The notes under the pieces are model-generated. The model was not told the origin of the DNA. It did not search any database and saw only the letters and a program-made list of their open reading frames with translations. A stretch of 64,000 bases of DNA, from the NCBI RefSeq assembly GCF_002571385.2, contig NW_019218160.1:243581-307580 (forward strand). The letters are read 5' to 3'. The translations under genes and the position numbers were made by a program. Below, one piece after another: positions 62,942 through 64,000 of the stretch (position 1 is its first letter; each line of letters starts with the position of its first letter). This stretch comes from Stylophora pistillata (Eukaryota).

Positions 62942-63589
62942 GGAGTAAAAGCGTATTTTAAAACGCAGTTAGGCTATTTATGAAGATCCTACTCAACCAA
63001 CATGTTGAAAATACAATTATAAAAAAATACTTGACCGTGTGGATGGGAGAGATTTATATCAGTTTTAGGTTTGTATCAATCCTCAAAAGTAATATATAGA
63101 CATGAAGGCTGCACGGCCTATTCGGCTTCAAGTACAGGCCGGTACAGATTTCGCCCTTGAAAAAAAAGCACTTAGACTTCGCATGAACCATGCGATCCCA
63201 AGTTCTAAGCTAAGTACTCTTCTATAAGCTCATTGTCTTGCCCTCAATTAACTTAGTGACAATTAGGAATCATGTGGCATATTTACACTTTCTTTTTGGG
63301 CTTGCAAGAACATATATTGCTACGACGGCGTCACGTTACGAACAGCAAATTTTTGTCCGTTGGCGTGGTGACGGTTAGACGTAAACCATGGCGGAAGGAC
63401 TATACATGCCCTTTGAGCCCCCTTTTTTCCTGTTATCCCAACTTGTATGCTAGGGAGTGTAAAAGACGTTCTACAATTGCAAAATTAACAGAATGAGCGT
63501 CTCTTCGACTCTCAATTTGGTTAATTGTGCGTTGTGTGGCCGGTTTGAGCTCGGTTCAGATGGATATGACGCGATGTCGCAAATGTTGC

Positions 63590-64000
63590 ATGAGATTTCC
63601 AAAATGCTCCTAAAACGTTTGTCCAGCAGGGCTTGTTCTCTGCCTGACAGAGTTACAAGTCCTACCTTAACTAGTGCTTCGTCATGAAGAACACACGGAA
63701 AAATGATGCACTTCGCCCTCTTTTGCACTGCCTCTAACTTACGAGAAAGATACACGGGTAGACTGTCATGAAAGACTCGGCAGGTATATTCAGTAATAGG
63801 GCGAATGCAGCTACGATAGAACTGTACTAATTCATCAGAACCTAGACCTGAGCGCTTTAACTGAGAGAGACAAAACAGACGTTTCCTAGCCTTCTTAACA
63901 ACTTCCGCAATGTGATGGTTCCATTTTAAGTCGCTCAAAACATTTACACAAACCATCTTAGCCTGCGAAACAATATCAATATGTTTGTGATTAGTAACTA
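63590..64000 (-). mobile_element. Non-LTR retrotransposon (CR1/L2-group) ORF2 C-terminal fragment
   Basis: SDLKWNHHIAEVVKKARKRLFCLSQLKRSG..LVQFYRSCIRPITEY..LEAVQKRA motif series. Confidence 0.85.

Overview
Eukaryotic, AT-rich, intron-rich DNA with GT-AG introns, several N gaps and repeat families typical of cnidarians (probably a scleractinian coral; inference). Most ORF-track entries are single exons or antisense noise, so I spliced exons by hand. The window is a birth-and-death cluster of putative innate-immune or cell-death genes. (1) A ~24 kb plus-strand gene (10587-34483) in which a complete, in-frame CSK-type SH3-SH2-tyrosine kinase module with inactivated catalytic motifs (HRD>HRA, DFG>EFG, GxGxxG>RxGxxG) has no stop codon and splices in phase into a ROC-COR-death-domain (ROCO) module. 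(2) A second, intact ROCO-death gene on the minus strand with only a short N-terminus, plus a pseudogenised ROCO tail. (3) Three IFI44-family GTPase loci: one intact (coiled coil, GTPase, SAM-like tail, possible MGxxxS start) and two broken. (4) Two tandem copies, one intact and one pseudogene, of an uncharacterised gene with a probable TIR-like alpha/beta domain. Interspersed are Penelope-like elements with minimal hammerhead ribozyme motifs, a long-TIR Sola3-like transposon, tRNA-derived repeats, MITEs, a hAT deletion derivative and LINE 3' ends. Domain calls rest on motifs recalled from known families; no searches were run.
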